DNA of 64,000 bases, taken from positions 736,001 to 800,000 of the forward strand of contig OY776562.1 of assembly GCA_963675785.1 (NCBI GenBank), written 5' to 3'. Each line of letters starts with the position of its first letter. The stretch's first letter is position 1. Of this stretch, positions 39,276 through 48,071 are shown piece by piece. Origin of the DNA: Anaerolineae bacterium (lineage in GTDB: Bacteria > Chloroflexota > Anaerolineae > UBA1429). The notes beneath the pieces were generated by a model. The model had not been told where the DNA came from and did not search any database. It saw only the letters and a list, made by a program, of their open reading frames with translations. A program made the position numbers and the translations under genes.

Positions 39276-40286
39276 CTAGAGCTGGAACGGCGGCTGACTA
39301 AAGATCATATCCGAGATATTTTGTCCCAGAATCTCGTAACCATCGCCATCGGGATGCAGTTCATCGGGCAAATGGCTGACCTGCGCTTTGCCAAAGGCAT
39401 CCAACCCCGAGAAATAATAGAGGTTGCTGTCGCCGGCCTCGCGCAAGCGCTGCACGGCTTCTTCCACTTGCTCGCGCATCAAGCGCAACGACATGCCCAC
39501 TAGGTTGGGTGTGTTCTCTCGCGGTGGCGAGATGATGGGTGAGATGACACCGATGGGCGTGTTGGGGTGCTTTTCGCGAATGATACGCACAAAGCCGATG
39601 ATCGCCGCCCGAAAAGTACGGTCCGAGAGGGACGAGGCCCCCTGCACGTTGATGCCCAGTTTCAGGGTGATCACATCAGCGGGCAGATCGCGGATCATCA
39701 TGGCTACCATAGGTTCCAGGTGGCAGTTTCCGCCATAGCCCAGGCAAGTCAGGTTCAAGTCCTGTTCGCGAGCCACGGTAGCCGGCCAGGTACGCGCCGG
39801 GCTGTGGGCCGCGCGGCAGTGGGTGATCGAGCTGCCGTAGGCAATCCAACGCGGACGCTCATCCTGCACGGGAGCCACGTTGGTGTCATCAGCCACGCGC
39901 AGCTTTTTCAACACACAGGGGAAAAACTGCGGCAGCCAAATCTCCACCGGACGCATTTCCTCGCCCAGGTTCTCAAAGCGCACCACGTCTTTGCCGTCCG
40001 GCAGGCGCCTGCTCTGTACCAATTCCGAACCCACGGTCAGGTCAAAGATGCGCTTGTCGCCCTCGACGCTGCTTTCGGGTTGCACCGTCAACTCGATGAT
40101 CGGTGAATCGGTGGCAAAGATCAGCCGCACGCCGGCTAGCTGCTCTGCTTTGAGAGGCAAAGCGTCGTCTGGCGGATAAAGGGCCAGCTCCTTGTAAGGC
40201 AATCGCCAGGGCTTTAATCCGTCGCGAACCGTCTCGATAGAGACAGCGCCCTGAATCATCTGGTGGGTAATGAGGATATCTTGCAT
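39276..40286 (-). CDS. SGNH/GDSL hydrolase (esterase)
   Basis: YGSSIT, LGYGGN, LGIN and DELHP motifs. Start reassigned to 40286. Confidence 0.88.
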   Translation of the reverse strand: MQDILITHQMIQGAVSIETVRDGLKPWRLPYKELALYPPDDALPLKAEQLAGVRLIFATDSPIIELTVQPESSVEGDKRIFDLTVGSELVQSRRLPDGKDVVRFENLGEEMRPVEIWLPQFFPCVLKKLRVADDTNVAPVQDERPRWIAYGSSITHCRAAHSPARTWPATVAREQDLNLTCLGYGGNCHLEPMVAMMIRDLPADVITLKLGINVQGASSLSDRTFRAAIIGFVRIIREKHPNTPIGVISPIISPPRENTPNLVGMSLRLMREQVEEAVQRLREAGDSNLYYFSGLDAFGKAQVSHLPDELHPDGDGYEILGQNISDMIFSQPPFQL

Positions 40287-40384
40287 ATTCTTCTTTCTAT
40301 TTGGTGGGCACGTGCTACATAGGATTAAGGGTAACCTCATTTTAGCCAGTGTACAAGCATATGCAATGGCACCTTGGACCACTT

Positions 40385-40429
40385 AAAAAGACATGGCTGA
40401 TGTGATACTAGACTCTAGCCATGTCTTTT
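40385..40429. terminator. Terminator downstream of the AraC gene
   Basis: 13-bp perfect inverted repeat AAAAGACATGGCT/AGCCATGTCTTTT. Confidence 0.7.
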
Positions 40430-40550
40430 GGGGGTTGGGTTGCTAAAAGGCTTTGCGGGCTGGCACGTTGCTATCCATCACTTTCTTTGATGGCAGCATT
40501 GGCGGCCGTGCCAGTCAGACGCTTGTAGAGAATCTACATCTCCTGGTTGA

Positions 40551-41432
40551 TTAGTTTTGTATCTCTCTGACGGGGTGTAATTCGATGTATCCTCTTGTCC
40601 CGATTGGTTCGAGCTGAATTCTGGGATTGGATTCATCCCAGTAGTAGCCAATGAGGGATGGATCATACTTTTGGATCGCATTCCAAATCTCTTCGATTGC
40701 CTGAACATAGTCCTCTTCGGCAAAAGGTTCCCCTCTAAACAAGAGGTACTTGGCGGCAGGCAGTTCAATCAAGTCCAAGTCTTCTGGAATCACCCCGTCA
40801 TAATCCAGAGGCACTTCTACACCTTGCACATATTCCGAAGTCCCCGATTTGATATAAGCAGGCGGAAGCCAAAGGCTGACGGGTTCGCCACTGATAGACT
40901 TGATGCTAGTAAGCAGTCCCCAAATGTCACATCCAACTTCTTCACAATAAGCGAGGTAATTGGTAGCTTTTATTCCACGCTTGATGAGGACCTTTCGTGG
41001 TTGTTTTTCAACCAATTGAACAAAAACTGTTTTTGTGCTCTCCATTTGTTTTCCCTTTCGTTTAACTTGAGATGTGACTCTGTAGGGTGTGAAAAGATAC
41101 AAAGGAACGGGACTGTTGGCGTATTCTCGAGGGTTACATCCAAACTCACGAAAGAACGCACGTTGATAACCGTCCACACTGCCAAAGCCAAGTTCTAGGG
41201 CAATATCTATGATTTTGCATGGATCATCTCGTAACCTGAGTGCGGATTTCGACAAGCGAAGCCGTCGAATATAGACAGCCGGCGTCATGTTTGTCCATCG
41301 AGAAAATAGCCGGTGAGAATACCACGGAGAGAAAAATGACGCTTCGGACAAGTCGGCAAGTGTGATATTTTCAGCTAGATGCGCCTCGATATAATCTTGC
41401 ATTCGCTGAACGGCTTGAATCTGTTCTTTCAT
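40551..41432 (-). CDS. AraC-family regulator with a GyrI-like effector domain
   Basis: N-terminal AraC double HTH (YIEAHL...SPWYSHRLF, IALELGFGS..GYQRAF..EFG..P) plus a C-terminal effector domain; AT-richer than its flanks. Confidence 0.9.
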   Translation of the reverse strand: MKEQIQAVQRMQDYIEAHLAENITLADLSEASFFSPWYSHRLFSRWTNMTPAVYIRRLRLSKSALRLRDDPCKIIDIALELGFGSVDGYQRAFFREFGCNPREYANSPVPLYLFTPYRVTSQVKRKGKQMESTKTVFVQLVEKQPRKVLIKRGIKATNYLAYCEEVGCDIWGLLTSIKSISGEPVSLWLPPAYIKSGTSEYVQGVEVPLDYDGVIPEDLDLIELPAAKYLLFRGEPFAEEDYVQAIEEIWNAIQKYDPSLIGYYWDESNPRIQLEPIGTRGYIELHPVREIQN

Positions 41433-41555
41433 CTATCCTCCTTGTAGCTTCATTATACGGTCACAAACAAGGAATTTCTCGACTATTTTTGCTCTTGGCA
41501 GAGAAGATGATCTATCTTTTCTCCTTGTGCAGCGTTGCCAGGATACTCCGTATGA

Positions 41556-41593
41556 CAAAAAACAGAGCGAATCCTTTAAATGGATTCGCTCTG
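41556..41593 (-). terminator. Terminator of the sulfatase/alpha-galactosidase operon
   Basis: CAGAGCGAATCC/GGATTCGCTCTG stem with a minus-strand T6 tract. Confidence 0.8.
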
Positions 41594-41672
41594 CTCAATG
41601 AACATGATTCTGAGAGAGTATTTGCAGAGAACAGGTTTTCGATTTGACGCTTGTCTTAAGCTGTCTTTTTAT

Positions 41673-43688
41673 TCAGAGTACGCGGTAATGGTACAAGCAA
41701 TAGCTAAAAGGTTCTGGCAGGGCGAATATGCAGGTGCCCAGTGTGCCGGTCTCGCATTCAAAACTCTTGCCCTGTCCGATGATCGCATCGAGGTGCAGAT
41801 GCTGATTCGCCAAGCCCCACAGCGCCAACTGAGCCTTGTTCTGTGCATTGCTCTCGCGGTATACGGCGATATAGCCCTCGCCATCGCCCATGGATTGCAG
41901 GCCGGTCCAACTAAACCCGCTGGGTTCATCGCCGATGGGCAGAATATGCCCGGCGTGAATGCGCGCCATGTGTTGTCGGTAGGTTTTGATGGCCGGCGCA
42001 GCCTCAAATGCTTCCTCTGGCAGGCTGCTGGCCTCGAACCAGGCCAAGGGTTGGGCCATCACGGTTGCCGCAAAGGCGTATTCAAAGGGCACTTGCCCTG
42101 GTGCTAGGGTGTCGTCTGCGGCGTACTTGTCGCGGTTGCGCCACACGTTGAGAAACTCGAACTGCATGAATTGGGTGGGCACATAGCGCGAGAGCATCCA
42201 CAGGTTACGCAGGGTAGTGTGCGGGTAATAATTGGCCCAGTCGGTATAGCGGTTTTCCACAAACAGGTTGCCATAGCGCGTCAGGTAGTGGTAACCAAAA
42301 CGCCGTCGCGCCGTGCAATCCAGATTGAAAGAAACCTCTCCTGCAGTGGCCTCGGTTACGGTGTCCAACATTCGCCGAAAGTTGATGTCGGCCTGCTTGT
42401 CGGGGATGTCCACACCATCGATTTTGAAGGTACGAATGCCATACTCGCGATAAATGCGGATTAACTGCTCGGCATCTTGCTGCCAATGGGCGCAGCTATC
42501 GTCCATCGAGGGATTGAACCACAGGCACAACTCGATACCCTTGTCCACGGCATGTTGCCGCACGGGTTCTAGCCCCTCGGGGAAACGTTCGGGATGCGGT
42601 GCCCAATAATCGTCGCGCTCCCAAATGTTTTGCAGGCTGCCGCCGGTAAAAGCCGAGTTGCTCGTCTGCCCGCTCTGCCAGCCATCATCCAACTGGAAAT
42701 GGGTGACGCCCAGTCGTGCGCCGGCCTCTATTTCGGCATGGGCAAAAGACTCGCGGATGCGCGTATCCTGCCCACGGTCGCCCCAGGTGTTGAGCATGAT
42801 CATCTCATCACGATCGCCAGGGGCCGTGCGCTGCAGGCGCTGGTAACTGTGCAGGGCGTTCAACTGCGAGAGTTCATCGGCGGCAGAGATGCTCGTCACA
42901 AAGCCATAGCCACGAACCCAATCCTCGTCCAGATCGCCCGGTTCCAAGCCCAGGCCGGCCACCTCGATGAGGTTATGCCGGGCACTGAAATCGTACCCCG
43001 GCCAGGCCAGCTGCACGTCTGAGCAAGGGGCTTCTTTGAGGATGAACAACCCCAGGTCGCGTTGGACATCACTAATGAACAGCAAATTGCCATTGAGATG
43101 CGCTGGCGAGCGGTAGGGGAGAACGCTACGTTCGCTTACCAGATTGTTGCGCCGGTCGGTCACGTCGTAAAACTGGACGGCTTTGAGGCGCAGATGCCGC
43201 TCTGCTAAACAAAGGCGCTCCATCACGGGTGCTGGTCCTCCTTCGATAACCGCTGCCGTCCACGCTTCAATGTTCTCCAGCGAGGCGGGGTCGGCAGAGT
43301 CAGTCAGCCAACTTTTGGCACGAGCCACACCACGCAAATACAGATCACAGGCGATGGCCGGGCACCCCTCGTAGAGACGAAACATGCGCCGTACGCCCAA
43401 TTCGCCCAATTGGCAGGTTACGATGGCCTTTAAGTGGGCCGGGTGGGTGGAGGTAGCTTTTACCCAACAGCTCTCGAACTGACCCTCACTGGTGGTTTCC
43501 CAGCTTTCGCCGGGCAGCATCAAGTCGGGTTCGCTGCCCACCAGTTCCACGGTCAATCCCCGCGTTACGTCGCTCAAACTGCGGCTAATCAGGTTGCCTC
43601 TGTTCCACTGGTAGGTGCGTCTGATGCCGCCGGTATCTAGGATCAGCAAGTCATTCTCCAAGACAGCGTTGCAGTTTGTATTGGGCAT
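41673..43688 (-). CDS. Alpha-galactosidase-like glycoside hydrolase (GH36/clan D)
   Basis: LNTWG, FQLDDGW, RFPEGL, LCLWFNP and FKIDG motifs. Confidence 0.82.
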   Translation of the reverse strand: MPNTNCNAVLENDLLILDTGGIRRTYQWNRGNLISRSLSDVTRGLTVELVGSEPDLMLPGESWETTSEGQFESCWVKATSTHPAHLKAIVTCQLGELGVRRMFRLYEGCPAIACDLYLRGVARAKSWLTDSADPASLENIEAWTAAVIEGGPAPVMERLCLAERHLRLKAVQFYDVTDRRNNLVSERSVLPYRSPAHLNGNLLFISDVQRDLGLFILKEAPCSDVQLAWPGYDFSARHNLIEVAGLGLEPGDLDEDWVRGYGFVTSISAADELSQLNALHSYQRLQRTAPGDRDEMIMLNTWGDRGQDTRIRESFAHAEIEAGARLGVTHFQLDDGWQSGQTSNSAFTGGSLQNIWERDDYWAPHPERFPEGLEPVRQHAVDKGIELCLWFNPSMDDSCAHWQQDAEQLIRIYREYGIRTFKIDGVDIPDKQADINFRRMLDTVTEATAGEVSFNLDCTARRRFGYHYLTRYGNLFVENRYTDWANYYPHTTLRNLWMLSRYVPTQFMQFEFLNVWRNRDKYAADDTLAPGQVPFEYAFAATVMAQPLAWFEASSLPEEAFEAAPAIKTYRQHMARIHAGHILPIGDEPSGFSWTGLQSMGDGEGYIAVYRESNAQNKAQLALWGLANQHLHLDAIIGQGKSFECETGTLGTCIFALPEPFSYCLYHYRVL

Positions 43689-43741
43689 TTGTTCTCCCTC
43701 GCAAAGGGGGCCCTGCTATACAACAGGGCCCCTTGTCTTGT

Positions 43742-45082
43742 TTACTCGGCCGGCACGATCTCTGGTGCGGCTTCGCCGGCTTTGGTCATCTGCTGCACGA
43801 GCTTCTCTGCTAGCTCGGCTCGCACGCCAATGTAAGCTGGGTCAGACACCAGGTTGTCGCGCTCGTTGGGATCGGCTTCTAGATCGTACAGGAATTGCTC
43901 GACATAACGATCGCTATCCGCATCCTGTGAGCCGCTCTTATCCGGCGCGTACACCGAGTACTTCCATTTCTTGGTGCGGATGGCCCGTCCCACCTGGCTC
44001 TCGCTGATCTGGATGAACACCTCTTCCGGCCAGTCCGCAGCGCTGCCGTCCACCAAGCCCTGTAGGGCGTTGCCCTGCATGGTGTCCAGCTTTTTCAGGC
44101 CGGCTGCAGCGGTAATGGTGGGGGGCAGGTCGATGAGGCTGATCAGATTATCGCTGATGACCTTGCCGCCCTCAAAGCCGGGGCCACAGGCGATGAGCGG
44201 TGTGCGCACACAACCGTCGTGGCAAGAGCGCTTGTATTCGTTGTTACGGGTGCGGAAATGCGAGCCGTGATCGCTGGTATAGATCACCACGGTGTTATCG
44301 GCCACGCCCATCTCTTCCAATGTTTCACGTATGCGGCCCACGTTGCGGTCCAGCGCGTTGCAGCAGCCCAGGTAATCGGGATAGTTGGCCCGCCAGTCGC
44401 CCTCGGTGCCTACCAGGTCGCCCGGCACCTCGTAATCGTTCCACTGCTCCCAGGAACCATGTGGTCCTTCGTAACAGTCATGATCGTTCTGGTGATGGGG
44501 CTCAATCCAGGAGACAAACAGGAAGAATGGCTTGTCCAGCGTACGGCTCTTTAGATAGTCGATCGTCCAGTCGCCGAGCACATCGGCGCGAAAGCGCCCC
44601 TCAGGAAATTCGACGCGGTTGCCGTCGCCATCGAACATGTGCCCGTCATAGCTGTGGGAGGTGAATTCTAACGTGTCGGAGGCCAACCAATAATCCTTAT
44701 AGCCGCCGCGGCGCTCGGGCGGTACGGGCAGCGTGCGGTAGTTATCCGGCCCATCTTTGGGACCGAAAGAAGCCAAGTGCCACTTGCCGATATAGCCCAC
44801 TTCATAGCCCACGTTGCTGAGCTGTTGAGCAATGGTTACTTCATCCAGAGGCAGCATGCGGTGGTTGGTAAAGACGCCCATCTCGGTGGCGTATTTGCCG
44901 GTTTGCAGACAGGCCCTGGCCGGGCCGCACACGGGCTGGCAGGTAAAGTTGTACTCAAAACGCACGCCATCCTCGGCCATCTTGTCCAAATTGGGCGTGA
45001 GGTTTAATGATTGACCATAGCAGCCGCAGGTATCCCATCGCTGTTGGTCGGAGAAAAGGAATACGATATTGGGTTTGGGCAT
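43742..45082 (-). CDS. Cys-type sulfatase (S1)
   Basis: PNIVFLFSDQQR, CGPAR (CxPxR), GKWHL and TSDHG motifs. Confidence 0.95.
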   Translation of the reverse strand: MPKPNIVFLFSDQQRWDTCGCYGQSLNLTPNLDKMAEDGVRFEYNFTCQPVCGPARACLQTGKYATEMGVFTNHRMLPLDEVTIAQQLSNVGYEVGYIGKWHLASFGPKDGPDNYRTLPVPPERRGGYKDYWLASDTLEFTSHSYDGHMFDGDGNRVEFPEGRFRADVLGDWTIDYLKSRTLDKPFFLFVSWIEPHHQNDHDCYEGPHGSWEQWNDYEVPGDLVGTEGDWRANYPDYLGCCNALDRNVGRIRETLEEMGVADNTVVIYTSDHGSHFRTRNNEYKRSCHDGCVRTPLIACGPGFEGGKVISDNLISLIDLPPTITAAAGLKKLDTMQGNALQGLVDGSAADWPEEVFIQISESQVGRAIRTKKWKYSVYAPDKSGSQDADSDRYVEQFLYDLEADPNERDNLVSDPAYIGVRAELAEKLVQQMTKAGEAAPEIVPAE

Positions 45083-45095
45083 GTCGTCCCTCCGT

Positions 45096-46064
45096 CTATT
45101 GGCCGGCTAGCAGGGCTTGGGCCAGAATTGTATCAGCGGCGTGCATGGTCTTGAACGCATCGCCAAAGTGGGATTGCGGCAAGGTGCGAGTGCGCAGGCA
45201 GTCCAGAAATTCGCGGTGTTTGGCCTGGAATCCCCCATAGATATACAGCTCGTCACTGCCCGCTACCTCACGGGTATCATACGTCATGCCTTGCGCATCA
45301 CCATCGGCGTAAAGCACACCCTGGCCCTCGTGTTCGGCCTCGGCGCAGATGCCGGGGGCGTGCATTTCTACGTCAAAGATGCGTCGTCCGCTGGACCAGC
45401 TATTGATCATGAACCCGGTAGCGCCGCTATCGAACTGAAAAGTGGCCGAGATGAAATTGATATCGGGCACTTTGATGCGTTTACAAATGCTGTGAATCTC
45501 GCTGATCTCTCCGCCGCACATCCAACGCAGCGTGTCGATGGCATGTACGCCGTCATCCATCATATGATCGCGTGCGTCGTAACGTGGGAGCATCTCGCAC
45601 TTGTAAAAGCGGCATACGGCGTGAATGATGGGGCCGCGAGCCAGGCATTGATCATGGAGCTGCACAACCATGGGACAACTGCGCCGCTGAAAGCTCACCT
45701 GGGTGATGCAGCCGTGTTTTTCGGCGAGATCGGCCAATACCGCTGCCTGGTGCACGCTCAAGCCCAGCGGTTTCTCTACATACAGGTTCAAGCCCTGTTG
45801 CAGGCACCACAGCCAGATATCGTACATGATATGCGGTTGGCCGATGGCATATACTGCGTCGGGGGCCGTTTCTTCTACCATCTGGCGATAATCGCTGTAT
45901 TGCCCTGTGATGCCGTATTGCTGGGCCACGGCCGCCCGCCTGGTGGCGTTTAGTTCGCAGAGGGCGGCGATTTCCACGTCAGCGAACGAAGCCAGCGAGG
46001 GATAGTGTACTTTTTGGGCCATCTCTCCCGCGCCGATGATGGCCACACGCAGTTTGTCAGCCAT
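45096..46064 (-). CDS. Gfo/Idh/MocA oxidoreductase
   Basis: VAIIGAG, VEKP and DDGVHAID motifs. Confidence 0.92.
   Translation of the reverse strand: MADKLRVAIIGAGEMAQKVHYPSLASFADVEIAALCELNATRRAAVAQQYGITGQYSDYRQMVEETAPDAVYAIGQPHIMYDIWLWCLQQGLNLYVEKPLGLSVHQAAVLADLAEKHGCITQVSFQRRSCPMVVQLHDQCLARGPIIHAVCRFYKCEMLPRYDARDHMMDDGVHAIDTLRWMCGGEISEIHSICKRIKVPDINFISATFQFDSGATGFMINSWSSGRRIFDVEMHAPGICAEAEHEGQGVLYADGDAQGMTYDTREVAGSDELYIYGGFQAKHREFLDCLRTRTLPQSHFGDAFKTMHAADTILAQALLAGQ
46009..46064 (-). repeat. Direct repeat, copy A (5' end of the Gfo/Idh/MocA gene)
   Basis: 48/56 nt identical to 47214-47269 by manual alignment. Confidence 0.9.
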
Positions 46065-46067
46065 TGC

Positions 46068-47195
46068 TTATTCTTGTTCCTTATCGGTGCATTCGGCTTT
46101 TGGGCAAGCGCCATCCGTCTTGTCCGCATGCCAGGTTTTGAATAGCTCGCGGTAAACGTCGGTATGTGCTTCGCAATCGAGATAGTGGCAAAAGTTTTGG
46201 AGCAGGCGAGGGTCGCTGGGGTCGGCATATGCTTTGGCAACAGTCGCAATATAGGTTGGCGCCACGCTGTCGCAGAATTCTCGCCAGCCTTCGACCCAGG
46301 TGCCGTCCTGCAAAGACTCGCTTCTCGACCAGAAACCGTCCATGATCGCCTTTCCAGACGCTTCATCGGCGAGATCGGCACCCGTATCGAACTGCACGGT
46401 TGGGATGAACCGGATATCGAGAGTGTCTGCGATGTCCAAGCCAACAACAAGTCCTTCAGACCAGGATTGTTGGTCGCGGTACTTGACGAAATGAAAGTTG
46501 CCAGTGCCATAGACGATGTGCCCGTCGTTGTAATGCTCATAGCAGCCAACAATGTGGCTGTGCTGACAAACGACGACGTCTGCACCCAGGTTGACCATGC
46601 CACGACAGGCCTTTAGGAGTCGTGGAGAGGGATAACGGCAGTGTTCTTTGCCGCCGTGGTAAACGACGATCACATAATCATTGTTCTTTTTGGCATTATA
46701 GATGTCGGTTAGGGAATCGAACGGATCAAAAGGCGTGGCGCCGGGCTGATCGGGCAGGGCGTAATTGTATTCATGCTCGGCTAAGGCTAGAATCGCAGTC
46801 TTTTTGCCATCGGCCTCGATGATCAGCGGCTTTCTGGAATCGATTTCGTTTTCACCAGCGCCAACCCAATGGACACCGGCGGCATCGAGGGCGGCGATGG
46901 TGGAGCGCATACCATTCACGCCAAAGTCCAGCATGTGGTTGTTGGCCAGGCCACAATCGGTAACACCCGCAGCCTTTAGGGTTTGAGCAGTAGCGATCGG
47001 TCCTTTGAGGTTTGGGCCGAACTTGTTGATTCGCTCCTCGCTGTCGGTGAGGGCGCATTCGAGGTTGCAGAACACACGGTCATAGGAGGCAAAGACGCCG
47101 AGAATCTTGCCAAAGAGACCGTCGATATCGCCGGAGGCGAAAAGCGGAGCACTGGCCTCGGTCGGGACGGTATCGCCGCAGAGCAAAAGTTTCAT
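46068..47195 (-). CDS. CapA/PGA_cap-family metallophosphoesterase
   Basis: CGD, NLEC, LANNHMLDFG, HGGKE, QHSH and YGTGNF motifs. Confidence 0.9.
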   Translation of the reverse strand: MKLLLCGDTVPTEASAPLFASGDIDGLFGKILGVFASYDRVFCNLECALTDSEERINKFGPNLKGPIATAQTLKAAGVTDCGLANNHMLDFGVNGMRSTIAALDAAGVHWVGAGENEIDSRKPLIIEADGKKTAILALAEHEYNYALPDQPGATPFDPFDSLTDIYNAKKNNDYVIVVYHGGKEHCRYPSPRLLKACRGMVNLGADVVVCQHSHIVGCYEHYNDGHIVYGTGNFHFVKYRDQQSWSEGLVVGLDIADTLDIRFIPTVQFDTGADLADEASGKAIMDGFWSRSESLQDGTWVEGWREFCDSVAPTYIATVAKAYADPSDPRLLQNFCHYLDCEAHTDVYRELFKTWHADKTDGACPKAECTDKEQE

Positions 47196-47269
47196 AGCTC
47201 TCCTCTGGCGTTGACTTTTTGGGTTATTTCACCCACGCCGATGATGGCCGCGCGCAGTTTATCAGCCAT
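47192..47269 (-). pseudogene. 25-codon remnant of the Gfo/Idh/MocA 5' end (contains repeat copy B, 47214-47269)
   Basis: Encodes MADKLRAAIIGVGEITQKVNARGEL, versus MADKLRVAIIGAGEMAQKVH for the intact gene. Its start overlaps the end of the upstream gene and its stop overlaps the capA ATG. Confidence 0.75.
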
Positions 47270-48062
47270 CGGCTTCTCCCTCGGCAAAAAGCGCCTTGGC
47301 CACCGCCAAATCCTGGGCAATGAGCGTTTCTACTCGCTCCTCATCGCTGTATTCGGCGGTCAGGCAAACCACGCCGTCATAGTTGCGGCGTTTTAGCTCG
47401 GCAATGAACCGCGGCCAAGAGGCTAGCCCATGACGGGCGTCGGTCCAATAGGGCTTCCATGTGGCGAACTCGGCCTCGGGGCCTTGCTCAGGGCGCCAAT
47501 AGGCACTCTTGAGGTTGGCCATGCCCAGGCGCGGCCAGACGATATCCAGGGCCATCTCTGGCTCACAGCCGCACAGTGCCTGGTGCGAGGGATCGAGCAC
47601 GGCACAGTAGCAGGCGGCATCGAGCGGCAACAATAGATGATGCAGCCCCATGGCATTGGAGATATAGCGCCCAAAGTGGTTCTGCACGCCGATCTTGACG
47701 CCCATTTCCTTCAACAGCGGCTGCAGCGCCTTGTAGCTGTTTTGCAGGTCAGATACGGCGGCCATATACCCTTGCCCGGCCGGGATAGCGGCCATGGTGC
47801 GGATCATGGGTACGCCAGCCTCTGCACAGGCGCGAATAGTGGCCTCGTCGGTGTTGCCTGCCACGCTAAAGATGCTCACGCCGTATTTGGCAAAGGTCTC
47901 GGCAGCGGCGGGAAGGTCCTTGCGAATAGCCTGAGGCTCCACCTGAAAGCCGGGCCGCACCGGAAACTCGACGCCGTCAAAGCCGGTTTCATGCACAAAC
48001 TGGGCCAGCTCGTCTAAGGGCAATGTCTTCCATGGCTTGGTAAAGACCGAGTACTGGACCAT
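47262..48062 (-). CDS. Sugar phosphate isomerase/epimerase (xylose isomerase-like TIM barrel)
   Basis: GFDGVE, QNH, DPSH and YDGVVCLTAEY motifs. Confidence 0.85.
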   Translation of the reverse strand: MVQYSVFTKPWKTLPLDELAQFVHETGFDGVEFPVRPGFQVEPQAIRKDLPAAAETFAKYGVSIFSVAGNTDEATIRACAEAGVPMIRTMAAIPAGQGYMAAVSDLQNSYKALQPLLKEMGVKIGVQNHFGRYISNAMGLHHLLLPLDAACYCAVLDPSHQALCGCEPEMALDIVWPRLGMANLKSAYWRPEQGPEAEFATWKPYWTDARHGLASWPRFIAELKRRNYDGVVCLTAEYSDEERVETLIAQDLAVAKALFAEGEADG

Positions 48063-48071
48063 GATGCTCTC

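Noticed and set aside
40441-40550. c-di-GMP-I or fluoride riboswitch
   Set aside because: Only fragments match (CGCAAAGCC, GGAGATG); the required order, spacing and pseudoknot elements are missing.
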